Part shown: positions 55,417 through 64,000 of the stretch, piece by piece
Numbering within the stretch: position 1 is the first letter of the stretch
Layout of the letters: each line of letters starts with the position of its first letter
Source: Actinomycetota bacterium
GTDB taxonomy: Bacteria > Actinomycetota > Acidimicrobiia > Acidimicrobiales > JAJPHE01
NCBI GenBank assembly: GCA_021325435.1
Contig: JAJPHE010000010.1
Location: 8,647 to 72,646 of the forward strand
DNA: 64,000 nucleotides
Direction: 5' to 3'
Position numbers and translations under genes: made by a program
Notes under the pieces: generated by a model
The model's database searches: none
The model's input: only the letters and a program-made list of their open reading frames with translations
Told to the model about the DNA's origin: nothing

Positions 55417-56804
55417 GGCGGCGTCTGGGCCTGCGGGCCCGGATCACCCTCAGCTTCGCCCTCGGCGCCTTCGGCCTGTCGGTCGTGCTGTCGCTCCTCA
55501 CCTACGGGCTGACCCGCCGGTCGGTGGTCCACAGCCGCCAGAACTCGGCCCTCCACCAGACGCTGGCCAACGCCTTGGTGATGAGGGACGCCCTCCGCTC
55601 GGCCAGCCCGAACGTGCCGACCGTGCTGTCGTCGCTGGAGACCCCGTCGGGCTCGGACTCGGTGCTGCACCACCGGGGGGCGTGGTTCGCCACCAGCCTG
55701 GCCGTGGGCCGCCAGGCCATACCGGCCGCCCTCATCCGCCGGGTGGTCGACCAGGGCCAGGCCGCCACCCAGCAGTTCGTGCTCGGCGGCCACCCGGAGT
55801 TCGCCGTCGGCGTGCCGCTGCCGGCCGTGGACGCCCAGTACTTCGAGCTGTTCGACCTGGAGGACGTGGCCCGCACCCTCAACGCCCTCGGCATCTCGCT
55901 GGCCGCCGCCGCCGCCGCCACCACCCTGGCCGGGCTGGCGGTGGGCCGCTGGGCCAGCCGCCGGGTGCTCTACCCCCTGACCGAGACGGCCCGGGTGGCC
56001 GCCCTCATCGCCGGCGGGGAGCTGGAGACCAGGCTGCAGGCCGGCGACGACACCGACCTGGCCGCCCTGGCCTCGTCGTTCAACTCGATGGTCACCGCCC
56101 TGCAGCGGCGCATCCAGCGCGACGCCCGCTTCGCCTCCGACGTGAGCCACGAGCTGCGCTCCCCGCTCACCACCCTCACCGCCGCCGTCGAGGTTCTCGA
56201 GCGCCGCCGCCACGAGCTGCCGGAGCGCTCGGCCCGGGCCCTCGACCTGCTGGCCGCCGAGGTCCACCGCTTCGAGCGGCTGGTCGGGGATCTGCTGGAG
56301 GTGTCGCGCTTCGACGCCGGGGTGGCCGACCTCGCCCTCGAGGACGTCCGCCCCGTCGAGCTGGTCCGCAACACCCTCAGCCTCGAAGGGGTGTCCGGGG
56401 TGGCGGTCGAGGTCGAGCCGGGCGCCGACCGGGTCATCCGGGCCGACAAGCGCCGGCTCGAGCGGGTGCTGGCCAACCTGTTGGCCAACGCCGAGATCCA
56501 CGGGGGCGGGGCGGTCCGGGTGGCGGTGTGCCGCACCGAGTCGGGGGTCCGCCTGGCGGTGGACGACGCCGGCCCCGGGGTGCCCCCCGAGCAGTCCGAG
56601 TCGGTCTTCGAGCGCTTCGCCCGGGGGGCCGCCGCCGGGAACCGCTCGCGGGGCGACGGGGTGGGGCTCGGGCTGTCGATCGCGGCCGAGCACGTGCGGC
56701 TGCACGGCGGCCTGATCGGGGTGGGGTCGAGCCCGGAGGGCGGGGCCCGCTTCTGGGTGGACCTTCCCGCCCAGGCCCGGGAGACGGCCGGCGGGCGGGT
56801 GTGA
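55413..56804 (+). CDS. Sensor histidine kinase with HAMP domain (CseC/MtrB-like)
   Basis: GTGA overlap; two TM segments, DVSHELRSPL, NLLANA, DDAGPG and GLGL. Confidence 0.95.
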   Translation: MRRRLGLRARITLSFALGAFGLSVVLSLLTYGLTRRSVVHSRQNSALHQTLANALVMRDALRSASPNVPTVLSSLETPSGSDSVLHHRGAWFATSLAVGRQAIPAALIRRVVDQGQAATQQFVLGGHPEFAVGVPLPAVDAQYFELFDLEDVARTLNALGISLAAAAAATTLAGLAVGRWASRRVLYPLTETARVAALIAGGELETRLQAGDDTDLAALASSFNSMVTALQRRIQRDARFASDVSHELRSPLTTLTAAVEVLERRRHELPERSARALDLLAAEVHRFERLVGDLLEVSRFDAGVADLALEDVRPVELVRNTLSLEGVSGVAVEVEPGADRVIRADKRRLERVLANLLANAEIHGGGAVRVAVCRTESGVRLAVDDAGPGVPPEQSESVFERFARGAAAGNRSRGDGVGLGLSIAAEHVRLHGGLIGVGSSPEGGARFWVDLPAQARETAGGRV

Positions 56805-57035
56805 CGGGCGGGCGGACCGGGGTGCCGAGGCCTGCCCCGGGGACTCGGCGATGGCCCCCGAGGCAGTCGCCCCCCGGGTGGCGAGCGGCGGCACGCCTAC
56901 CCGGGCCTCGGCCCGTGCCGCATCGCGCCCGGCGAGAAGCGCAGTGACGGCTCCCACCATGCTGGCCTTCGGATACGACGATGCGACCGCAAACGTGTAT
57001 CGATTTCGTGACAATGTTCGGGCGGTGAGCGAACG

Positions 57036-58325
57036 GTGAGGCCCCCCTCCGTCGACGCCGTGGCCCGGTCCCTGTCCGACCTGGGGCTCCCCCACCCCCT
57101 GCTGGTCGACGCCGCCCGCGAGGCGATCGCCGCCGGCGACCCGGACTCGGCCCGCCAGCGGGCGACGATGGTGGCCCGGGCCCTGCTCCGACCGGTGATC
57201 AACGCCACCGGCGTGCTGCTCCACACCAACCTGGGGAGGGCCCCGCTCGAGGTCCACCATCCCGCCCGCTACACCAACCTCGAGCTGGACCTGGCCACCG
57301 GCCGGCGGGGATCGCGCAGCGCCCATGCCGCCGCCCTCCTGGCCCGGGCGGCGGGGGCGGAGGCGGCCCTGGTCGTCAACAACGGCGCCGGCGCCGTGCT
57401 CCTGGCCCTGGCCGCCCTGGCCGCCGGGCGCTCGGTCGTGGTCAGCCGGGGCGAGCTGGTCGAGATCGGCGGCGGGTTCCGCATCCCGGAGGTGATGGCC
57501 GGATCCGGCGCCCGCCTGGTGGAGGTGGGCACCACCAACCGGACCCGCCTCGGGGACTACCGGGCCGCCCTCGACGACGACGTGGCCGTGGTGCTCAAGG
57601 TGCACCAGTCCAACTACCGCATCGTCGGGTTCACCGAGGACGTGGGGCTGGCCGCCCTGGCCGGGCTGGGCCCGCCCGTCGTCTACGACATCGGATCCGG
57701 GCTGCTCGACGAGGCCACCCCCTGGCTGACCGGCGGACCGCCCCGCTGGCTGGCCGGGGAGCCGGCCGCCCGCCAGTCGCTCGAGCGGGGGGCGGCGCTG
57801 GTCACCTTCTCCGGGGACAAGCTGCTGGGCGGCCCCCAGGCCGGCGTCATCGCCGGCCGCTCCGACCTGGTCGCCGCCTGCGCCCGCCACCCGCTGGCCC
57901 GGGCCCTGCGCCCCGGCCCCCTGGTGCTGGCCGCCCTGCAGGAGACCGCCCTCGCCTACCTCGACCGCCGGGGCGAGGACATCCCGTTCTGGCGGATGGC
58001 CACCACCCCGCCGGCCGAGCTGCGCCGCCGGGCCGAGCGTCTGGCCGCCGCCGTGCCCGGCGGCGAGGTGGTGGACTGCGCGTCGACCCCCGGGGGCGGA
58101 TCGCTTCCGGGCCTCGAGATCCCGTCGGTGGGGGTGGCCCTGGCCGGCGACCACGCCGCCGCCCTGCGCCAGGCCCCGGTGCCGGTCATCGCCCGGGTGT
58201 CCGACGGGCGCACCGTCGCCGACCTGCGGGCCGTGGACCCGGCCGACGACGCTGCCCTGGGCCAGGCCCTGGCCGCCGCGGCAGCCCACGGCAGGGGCAG
58301 CGGCGACAGCGGCAGCGCCGGCTAG
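57036..58325 (+). CDS. selA: L-seryl-tRNA(Sec) selenium transferase
   Basis: VINATGVLLHTNLGRAP, VVNNGAGA, SRGELVEIGGGFRIP, EVGTTN and FSGDKLLGGPQAG (PLP Lys). Confidence 0.96.
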   Translation: MRPPSVDAVARSLSDLGLPHPLLVDAAREAIAAGDPDSARQRATMVARALLRPVINATGVLLHTNLGRAPLEVHHPARYTNLELDLATGRRGSRSAHAAALLARAAGAEAALVVNNGAGAVLLALAALAAGRSVVVSRGELVEIGGGFRIPEVMAGSGARLVEVGTTNRTRLGDYRAALDDDVAVVLKVHQSNYRIVGFTEDVGLAALAGLGPPVVYDIGSGLLDEATPWLTGGPPRWLAGEPAARQSLERGAALVTFSGDKLLGGPQAGVIAGRSDLVAACARHPLARALRPGPLVLAALQETALAYLDRRGEDIPFWRMATTPPAELRRRAERLAAAVPGGEVVDCASTPGGGSLPGLEIPSVGVALAGDHAAALRQAPVPVIARVSDGRTVADLRAVDPADDAALGQALAAAAAHGRGSGDSGSAG

Positions 58326-58330
58326 GCCCA

Positions 58331-60067
58331 GTGCACGTCGTCGCCACCGCCGGCCACGTCGACCACGGCAAGTCGACGCTGGTGCTGGCCCTCACCGGCA
58401 CCGACCCCGACCGCTTCGCCGAGGAGAAGGCCCGGGGCCTCACCATCGACCTCGGCTTCGCCTGGATGGCCCTGCCCTCGGGGGCCGAGCTGGCCTTTGT
58501 GGACGTCCCCGGCCACGTCCGGTTCATCAAGAACATGCTGGCCGGGGTGGGGGCGGTCGACGCCTGCGTCTTCGTCGTGGCCGCCACCGAGGGCTGGAAG
58601 CCTCAGTCCGAGGAGCACCTCCGCATCCTCGAGCTGCTCGGGGTCACCCACGGGCTGGTCGCCCTCACCAAGGTGGGGCTGGTCGACGAGGAATGGGAGG
58701 CGTTGGCCCGCATGGAGGTGGCCGACCACCTGGCCGGCACCTTCCTCGAGGACGCCGACGTCGTCGGGGTCGACGCCGTGGCCGGGCGGGGGGTCGGGGA
58801 GCTGGTCGCCGCCCTCGACCGGCTGGTCGGCTCCACCCCCACGTCGGCCGACCGGGGCCGGCCCCGGCTGTGGGTCGACCGGGCCTTCGCCGCCCGGGGG
58901 GCGGGGACGGTGGTGACCGGCACCCTGGCCGGCGGCCAGCTCGCCGTCGACGACGAGGTCGAGCTGGTCCCCGCCCCGGGGCGGTCGCCGCTGCGGGTCC
59001 GGGCCCTCCAGTCCCACGGCCGGCCCCGCGACCGGGTCGGCCCCGGCCACCGGGTGGCGGTGAACGTGGCCGGGGTGTCCCACGACCGGGTGGGGCGGGG
59101 CCAGGCCCTCGTCCGCCCGGGCCAGTGGGCGCCCACCAGCGTGTTCGACGCCTCCCTCGCCGTCCTGGCCGGGCTGGACCACGACGTCAGCCGGCGGGGC
59201 GCCTACCACGCCTACCTCGGCTCGGGCGAGCACCCCGCCCGTATCCGCCTGCTGGGGCCGGAGTCCATCCCCCCCGGCGGCGCCGGCCTGGTGCGGGTCC
59301 ACCTGCCCACGGCCCTGCCCCTGCTGCCCGGCGACCGCTACGTGCTGCGCGAGTCCGGCCGGGCCGAGACCGTCGGAGGCGGGGAGATCCTCGACGTGGC
59401 CCCGGTGCTGCCGGCGGCCCGGGCCCGTCCCGACCGCTCGGTCGACCGGGTGGTGGCCGAGCGGGGCTGGGTGGACGCCGGACTATTGGAGCGGCTGACC
59501 GGCGAGGCCCGGGCCCCCGACGTCGGGCGGTGGGTGGTGGCCCCGGCCGCCCTGGCCGAGACGGTCGGGACGGTGCGCCGGGCGGTGGCCGAAGCCGGGC
59601 CGCTGGGGCTGGACGTGGCCTCGCTCACCGACCGGCAGCGGGCCGTCCTCGACCGCCTGGACGACGTGGTCGTCGACGCCGGGCGGGCCCGGCCGTCAGC
59701 GGCGGCGGACGCCTCGGCCCAGCTGGGGTCCCACCCCTACGTGGCCGCCCTCGAGGCGGCGCCGTTCACCCCACCCCCGCCCGACGGGGTGGACCGGGCC
59801 GAGCTCTCCCAGCTGGTGCGGCGGGGCCTGGTCGTGGAGCGCGACGGCTGCTACTTCGCCCCGGCGGCGGTGGACGCCGCCGGCCGGCGCATCGCCGCCC
59901 TCCTCGTGGACCGGCCCGACGGGGTGACGGTGGCCGAGGTGCGCGACGCCCTGGGCACGACCCGCAAGTACCTGCTGCCGCTGCTGGCCCACCTCGACGC
60001 CACCGGCGTCACCCGACGGCGCGGCGACCTGCGGGTCGGGGGGCCACGGCTGCCGCAACCCGCCTGA
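58331..60067 (+). CDS. selB: Selenocysteine-specific elongation factor
   Basis: AGHVDHGKST, EEKARGLTIDLGF, DVPGHVRFIKNML and C-terminal winged helix RDALGTTRKY..PLL..LD. Confidence 0.96.
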   Translation: MHVVATAGHVDHGKSTLVLALTGTDPDRFAEEKARGLTIDLGFAWMALPSGAELAFVDVPGHVRFIKNMLAGVGAVDACVFVVAATEGWKPQSEEHLRILELLGVTHGLVALTKVGLVDEEWEALARMEVADHLAGTFLEDADVVGVDAVAGRGVGELVAALDRLVGSTPTSADRGRPRLWVDRAFAARGAGTVVTGTLAGGQLAVDDEVELVPAPGRSPLRVRALQSHGRPRDRVGPGHRVAVNVAGVSHDRVGRGQALVRPGQWAPTSVFDASLAVLAGLDHDVSRRGAYHAYLGSGEHPARIRLLGPESIPPGGAGLVRVHLPTALPLLPGDRYVLRESGRAETVGGGEILDVAPVLPAARARPDRSVDRVVAERGWVDAGLLERLTGEARAPDVGRWVVAPAALAETVGTVRRAVAEAGPLGLDVASLTDRQRAVLDRLDDVVVDAGRARPSAAADASAQLGSHPYVAALEAAPFTPPPPDGVDRAELSQLVRRGLVVERDGCYFAPAAVDAAGRRIAALLVDRPDGVTVAEVRDALGTTRKYLLPLLAHLDATGVTRRRGDLRVGGPRLPQPA

Positions 60068-60914
60068 GCCGGCGGGCCCGGCGACCGCGCAGCCGGTTGG
60101 CCTCGAGGGCGGTGGTGACGGCCCGCCGGAACCGGTGGGGGTGGGCGATCAGCCAGCTGTGGGCCCCGTCCACGACCACGCCGTCGACCCGGAGGATGGC
60201 GCACATGGCGTCGAAGCTGGCCCGGGGGACGATGCGGTCGCGCTGGGACCACACCACCTGGGCCGGCACCCGCCGGCGGGCGAGGTCGGCCAGCTCGGCG
60301 GTCAGGTCGGCCGTGCGGGCCAGGTTGGCCACGCTCCAGACCGCCCGGGGGTTGCGCATCAGGTTCGGCAGGGCCTCCCCCAGCACCCGGGGCAGGACCC
60401 GGATGCCGGTCGGCACCGGCAGCACGTCCCCCGGGAAGTGGATGCCCCAATCCCACAGGGGCCGCTCGGCGATGGCCCGGCCCCGGCCGCCGTCGGCCGC
60501 CGCCGTCCAGGCGCCGCCCCCGACCGAGTTCACCAGGACCAGGTCGGACACGGCCGCGCCGGCGTGGGCGGCGGTGATCGCCACTCCACCCCCGAAGGAG
60601 TGGCCCACGACCGACACCGGCTCGTCCACCCCCACGGCGGCGAGGAACCGGTCGAGCCAGGCGCCGTAGCCGGCGAGGGACATCTGGTCCGCCGGCAGCC
60701 CCGCCGAGGACCCGAAGCCCGGAAGGGTCGGGGCGATGACGTGCCACCCGGCCCGGACCAGCTGGTGCAGGCCCGACGAGTAGGCCTGGGGCGTCAGACC
60801 CCAGCCGTGGACGAAGACGACGGTGGGGCCCCGCCCGCCCTCGGCCAGCTGGGCCCGGCGGCCGTCCACCCGCTCCTGCCGCCAGACGAGGCGGTCCTCC
60901 CCCCCGACAACCAT
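60009..60914 (-). CDS. Alpha/beta hydrolase
   Basis: HGWG, GHSFGG, D and AHSW; the 3' end overlaps the selB 3' end. Confidence 0.88.
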   Translation of the reverse strand: MVVGGEDRLVWRQERVDGRRAQLAEGGRGPTVVFVHGWGLTPQAYSSGLHQLVRAGWHVIAPTLPGFGSSAGLPADQMSLAGYGAWLDRFLAAVGVDEPVSVVGHSFGGGVAITAAHAGAAVSDLVLVNSVGGGAWTAAADGGRGRAIAERPLWDWGIHFPGDVLPVPTGIRVLPRVLGEALPNLMRNPRAVWSVANLARTADLTAELADLARRRVPAQVVWSQRDRIVPRASFDAMCAILRVDGVVVDGAHSWLIAHPHRFRRAVTTALEANRLRGRRARRLRRVAAAVAPRPAGRRAVG

Positions 60915-60992
60915 CGGGAGCCGAACATACCCGCTACCCCGGGGCGTGCATGGCACGCCGGTGCCACCACGGCCCGGCGGGTGGCGGCGCGC

Positions 60993-61256
60993 TCAGCCGG
61001 CCTGGGCCGACAGCAGGCTCTTGCGTTCCAGCTCGTTGAGGCCGCCCCAGATGCCGTGGGGCTCGCGGATCCGCAGGGCGTACTCCAGACACGGCTTGCG
61101 AACCGGGCAAGTGGCGCAGATCGACTTGGCCCGGGCCTCCCGTTCGGTGCGCTCGTCCTTGCGCTCGAAGTACGAGGGCGGGAAGAACACCTCGGCCTGG
61201 GGTCCCCGGCACGCCCCCCGCAGCTGCCACATTTCTTCTGCTCGTTGCGCGATCAC
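60993..61256 (-). CDS. WhiB-family Fe-S transcriptional regulator
   Basis: W...ACRG...FFP, CATCPVRKPC and GIWGG. Confidence 0.95.
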   Translation of the reverse strand: MIAQRAEEMWQLRGACRGPQAEVFFPPSYFERKDERTEREARAKSICATCPVRKPCLEYALRIREPHGIWGGLNELERKSLLSAQAG

Positions 61257-61316
61257 CGACTCCCCCTTACCGGAATGAAGCTACAGGGCGCTCGGGCCGT
61301 GAACAAGGGCCAATTC

Positions 61317-61326
61317 GAACTAGTTC
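61317..61326. promoter_or_regulatory. Palindrome in the whiB/ATPase divergent promoter
   Basis: GAACTAGTTC perfect 10-mer. Confidence 0.35.
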
Positions 61327-61385
61327 ACCCCCTCTGACCAGGCTGTTCTCGCCGCCGCCGGATCCGCCGGGGGTGCCGCTGGGTA

Positions 61386-62351
61386 GTGTCCGGCCCCGAG
61401 ATGGAGCCGGCCGAGTTCTGCCAGCAAGCCCGGGTGCTGATCGTGGCGGGCAAGGGCGGGGTGGGCAAGACGACGGTGTCGGCCGCCCTGGCCCGCATGG
61501 CCGGCCGGGCCGGGCTGCGCACCCTGATCGTGGAGATCGAGGGAAAGAGCGGGCTGGCCGCCTCGTTCGGGCGGCGCCAGCCCCTCACCTACGAGGACGT
61601 GACCCTGGTGCCGGCGGGGCCGGACACGGCCGAGGTCCGGGCCCGGACCCTCACCCCCGACGACGCCCTGCTCGACTACCTGCAGGACCACGGCCTCAAG
61701 CGGGTCTCGAAGCGGCTGGTGTCGTCCGGGGCGCTCGACGTGGTGGCCACGGCCGTGCCGGGGCTGCGCGACATCCTGGTGCTCGGCAAGGTGAAGTCGC
61801 TGGAGAAGCGGGAGTCCGCCGACCTGATCGTGCTCGACGCCCCCGCCGCCGGCCACGCCGTCACCTTCCTCACCAGCGCCAAGGGGCTGCTCGACGCCTT
61901 CCGGGTGGGCCCCATCCGGACCCAGGCCGCCGAGGTCGTCGAGCTGCTGTCCGACCCCGACCGCTGCCAGGTGCTCCTCGTCACCCTGCCGGAGGAGACG
62001 CCGGTCAACGAGGTGGTGGAGACCGCCTACAAGCTGGAGGACCTGGTCGGCATCAGCCTCACCCCGCTGGTGGTCAACGGCGTCTACCCTGACATCGAAG
62101 GCCTCGAGGCGGCCGCCGGCCCCGCCACCGGGGACGGCGCGGCCGACGCCGCCCGGCGGGCCGCCGAGTTCCGCCTGGCCCGCCAGCGGCTGCAGGCCGA
62201 GCAGACGGCCCGGCTGTCGGAGGCCCTGCCCCTCGCCCAGCTGCGCCTCCCGTACCTGTTCACCACCGACATCGGGCCGGCCGAGATCGACCGGCTGGCC
62301 GCCGCCCTGGCCGCCGCCGTCGGCGAGCTGCCGGCCCCCGCCCGGCGGTGA
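61386..62351 (+). CDS. ArsA/Get3-like ATPase (Rv3679-like)
   Basis: GKGGVGKTT, DAPAAGH and VTLPEETPVNE. Confidence 0.9.
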   Translation: MSGPEMEPAEFCQQARVLIVAGKGGVGKTTVSAALARMAGRAGLRTLIVEIEGKSGLAASFGRRQPLTYEDVTLVPAGPDTAEVRARTLTPDDALLDYLQDHGLKRVSKRLVSSGALDVVATAVPGLRDILVLGKVKSLEKRESADLIVLDAPAAGHAVTFLTSAKGLLDAFRVGPIRTQAAEVVELLSDPDRCQVLLVTLPEETPVNEVVETAYKLEDLVGISLTPLVVNGVYPDIEGLEAAAGPATGDGAADAARRAAEFRLARQRLQAEQTARLSEALPLAQLRLPYLFTTDIGPAEIDRLAAALAAAVGELPAPARR

Positions 62352-63406
62352 CCCTCGCCGAGCTAGTCGCCGACCGGCGCACGATCATCTGCTGTGGCAC
62401 CGGTGGGGTGGGCAAGACCACCACGGCGGCGGCCATCGCCCTCGAGGGCGCCCGTAGCGGCCGGCGGGCCTGCGTGGTGACCATCGACCCGGCCCGGCGG
62501 CTGGCCGACGCCCTCGGCCTCGAGTCGCTGACCAACTCCCCCAGCCGGGTGGAGGGGGACTGGCCGGGCGAGCTGTGGGCGATGATGCTCGACACCAAGA
62601 GCACCTTCGACGCCCTGGTGCGTCGCTACGCCGGCTCGGCCGAGCAGGCCGACGGGATCCTCCAGAACCGCCTCTACCGCAACCTGTCCCAGGCCCTGTC
62701 GGGCACCCAGGAGTACATGGCGATGGAGAAGCTGTTCGAGCTGCACGAGGAGGGCACCTTCGACCTGGTGGTGGTGGACACCCCGCCCACCCGCAACGCC
62801 CTCGACTTCCTGGACGCGCCCCGCCGCCTCGTCCGCTTCCTCGACAACCGCATCTTCCGCCTGCTGGTGATGCCGACCCGCGCTTACCTGCGGGCGGTCA
62901 GCGTCGCCACCCAGACGTTCCTCCGCACCGTGTCGCGGGTCGTCGGCAACGAGGTGGTGCAGGACGCCGTCGCCTTCTTCCAGGCGTTCGAGGGGATGGA
63001 GCAGGGGTTCCGCAACCGGGCGGCCCGGGTCGAGCAGCTGCTGACCGAGCCGGGCACCGCCTTCGTCATCGTCACCTCCCCACGGCGCGACGCGGTCGAG
63101 GAGGCGCTGTTCTTCGCCGACAAGCTCGACGAGGCCGGCATGTCGACCGACGCCCTGGTCGTCAACCGCCTCCACCCCCGGTTCGGCCCGCCGGGGACCG
63201 CCGGCTCCCTCGACGGTCAGGCCCCCCCGGCCCTGGTGGCGAACCTGTCCCAGCTCGAAGCGGTGGCCGAGCGGGAGGAGTCGCACTTCGCCGACCTGGC
63301 CGGGCGGGTCGCCCCCGCCCCCGTCAGCCGGGTGCCGTTCCTGCCCGCCGACGTCCACGACCTCGAGGGCCTGGCCGAAGTGGGCCGCCACCTCTTCCCC
63401 GGCTGA
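62348..63406 (+). CDS. ArsA/Get3-like ATPase (Rv3680-like)
   Basis: CCGTGGVGKTT, TIDPARRLA, GTQEYMAMEKL and DTPPTRNALDFL. Confidence 0.92.
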   Translation: MTLAELVADRRTIICCGTGGVGKTTTAAAIALEGARSGRRACVVTIDPARRLADALGLESLTNSPSRVEGDWPGELWAMMLDTKSTFDALVRRYAGSAEQADGILQNRLYRNLSQALSGTQEYMAMEKLFELHEEGTFDLVVVDTPPTRNALDFLDAPRRLVRFLDNRIFRLLVMPTRAYLRAVSVATQTFLRTVSRVVGNEVVQDAVAFFQAFEGMEQGFRNRAARVEQLLTEPGTAFVIVTSPRRDAVEEALFFADKLDEAGMSTDALVVNRLHPRFGPPGTAGSLDGQAPPALVANLSQLEAVAEREESHFADLAGRVAPAPVSRVPFLPADVHDLEGLAEVGRHLFPG

Positions 63407-63454
63407 CCCGACACCCGAGCGGCCGTCGCCGCCCGGCGCCGGCGGAGCGCGGAC

Positions 63455-63805
63455 CTACTGGTTGGCCTTGGCCGCGCTGAGAGCGTTGGCCGCCTCGTCC
63501 ACGTTGTCGGCCACCGTCACGATCCGGTCGAAGCCGGTGGTGCGCAGCAGCCGGATCAGGGTCGCCCGGTTGCACGCCACCGCCACGTCACCGCCCTGCT
63601 CACGGGTCCGGCGGATGCCCCCGATCAGCGCGCCGAGGCCGGCCGAGTCGATGAACGGCACCTCGGACAGGTCGATGACCAGCCGGGAGCGCGTCGACAG
63701 CTCGGCCAGCGATTCGCGGAACTGGCTGACCGTGAAGGCGTCCAGCTCGCCATGAGGGCGGCAGACCGTGTAGTCGCCGGCCTCGTCGATCCGGATGTCG
63801 AGCAA
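63455..63805 (-). CDS. STAS-domain anti-sigma factor antagonist
   Basis: TTG after GGGAG; GELD and DLSEVPFIDSAGLGAL. Confidence 0.92.
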   Translation of the reverse strand: MLDIRIDEAGDYTVCRPHGELDAFTVSQFRESLAELSTRSRLVIDLSEVPFIDSAGLGALIGGIRRTREQGGDVAVACNRATLIRLLRTTGFDRIVTVADNVDEAANALSAAKANQ

Positions 63806-63871
63806 CGGGGCTCCCTTCGGAGTCGGGCACCGGAATGTACCCGCCGCCGGCACCCGGCTACCTTCGGGTCG

Positions 63872-64000
63872 ATGCCGTGCATCGTCATCGCCGCCGACGC
63901 CCGCTGGGTGGTCGACGAGGTACAGGCGGCGCTGTCCGGGCCCGACACCGACGTCATCGAGATCGGCCACGGCGCCGCCGTCCTGCCCTGGGCCAAGGAG
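63872..64000 (+). CDS. 3'-truncated probable receiver-domain protein
   Basis: MPCIVIAADARWVVDEVQAALSGPDTDVIEIGHG... runs off the window. Confidence 0.55.
   Translation, partial: MPCIVIAADARWVVDEVQAALSGPDTDVIEIGHGAAVLPWAKE

Noticed and set aside
56805-57035. Possible tRNA-Sec (selC) upstream of selA
   Set aside because: No UCA anticodon loop (CTTCAAA/TTTGAAG) or cloverleaf on either strand.
61315-61328. LexA/SOS box upstream of whiB
   Set aside because: GAAC and GTTC are separated by 2 nt rather than the required 4; the CRP-like match is only one good half-site.
1-64000. Mobile elements, prophage, rRNA/tRNA
   Set aside because: No transposase, integrase, phage or structural-RNA signatures were recognised by eye. 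A tRNAscan/Infernal run would be needed to exclude small RNAs.

Overview
A 64-kb, very GC-rich, gene-dense chromosomal window that looks actinobacterial, most likely Acidimicrobiia. That placement is an inference from the GYWLVASDGGIF-repeat surface protein, WhiB, F420-dependent enzymes and the Rv3679/Rv3680-like ATPase pair. Most of it is ordinary content: acyl-CoA/ester catabolism, two two-component systems, several TetR/MarR regulators, ABC/MMPL/MFS transporters and a cell-envelope operon (class A PBP, GT4, flippase-like protein). No rRNA, tRNA, CRISPR array or mobile element was found. The standout is a small minus-strand gene at 45947-46243 that the ORF track misses because it contains three in-frame TGA codons. 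They fall exactly at the Cys positions of a TRASH/YHS-like CxxC...CCxxC metal-binding motif (CALC-x18-U-U-D-L-U). The gene has a strong SD, a GTGA overlap with the upstream gene, intact high-GC3 codon usage after the TGAs and SECIS-like hairpins. It is the last gene of a coupled trio (C2H2-like zinc finger, PqqC/CADD-like heme-oxygenase-like dimetal enzyme, this protein), and selA-selB lie about 11 kb away. The simplest reading is a tri-selenocysteine protein with two adjacent Sec residues partnered with an HDO-type enzyme. selC and selD are not in the window, and Sec insertion is inferred, not shown. Start codons that differ from the ORF track were re-picked by hand from SD sequences and stop/start overlaps. 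Family names come from motif recognition and memory, not database searches.
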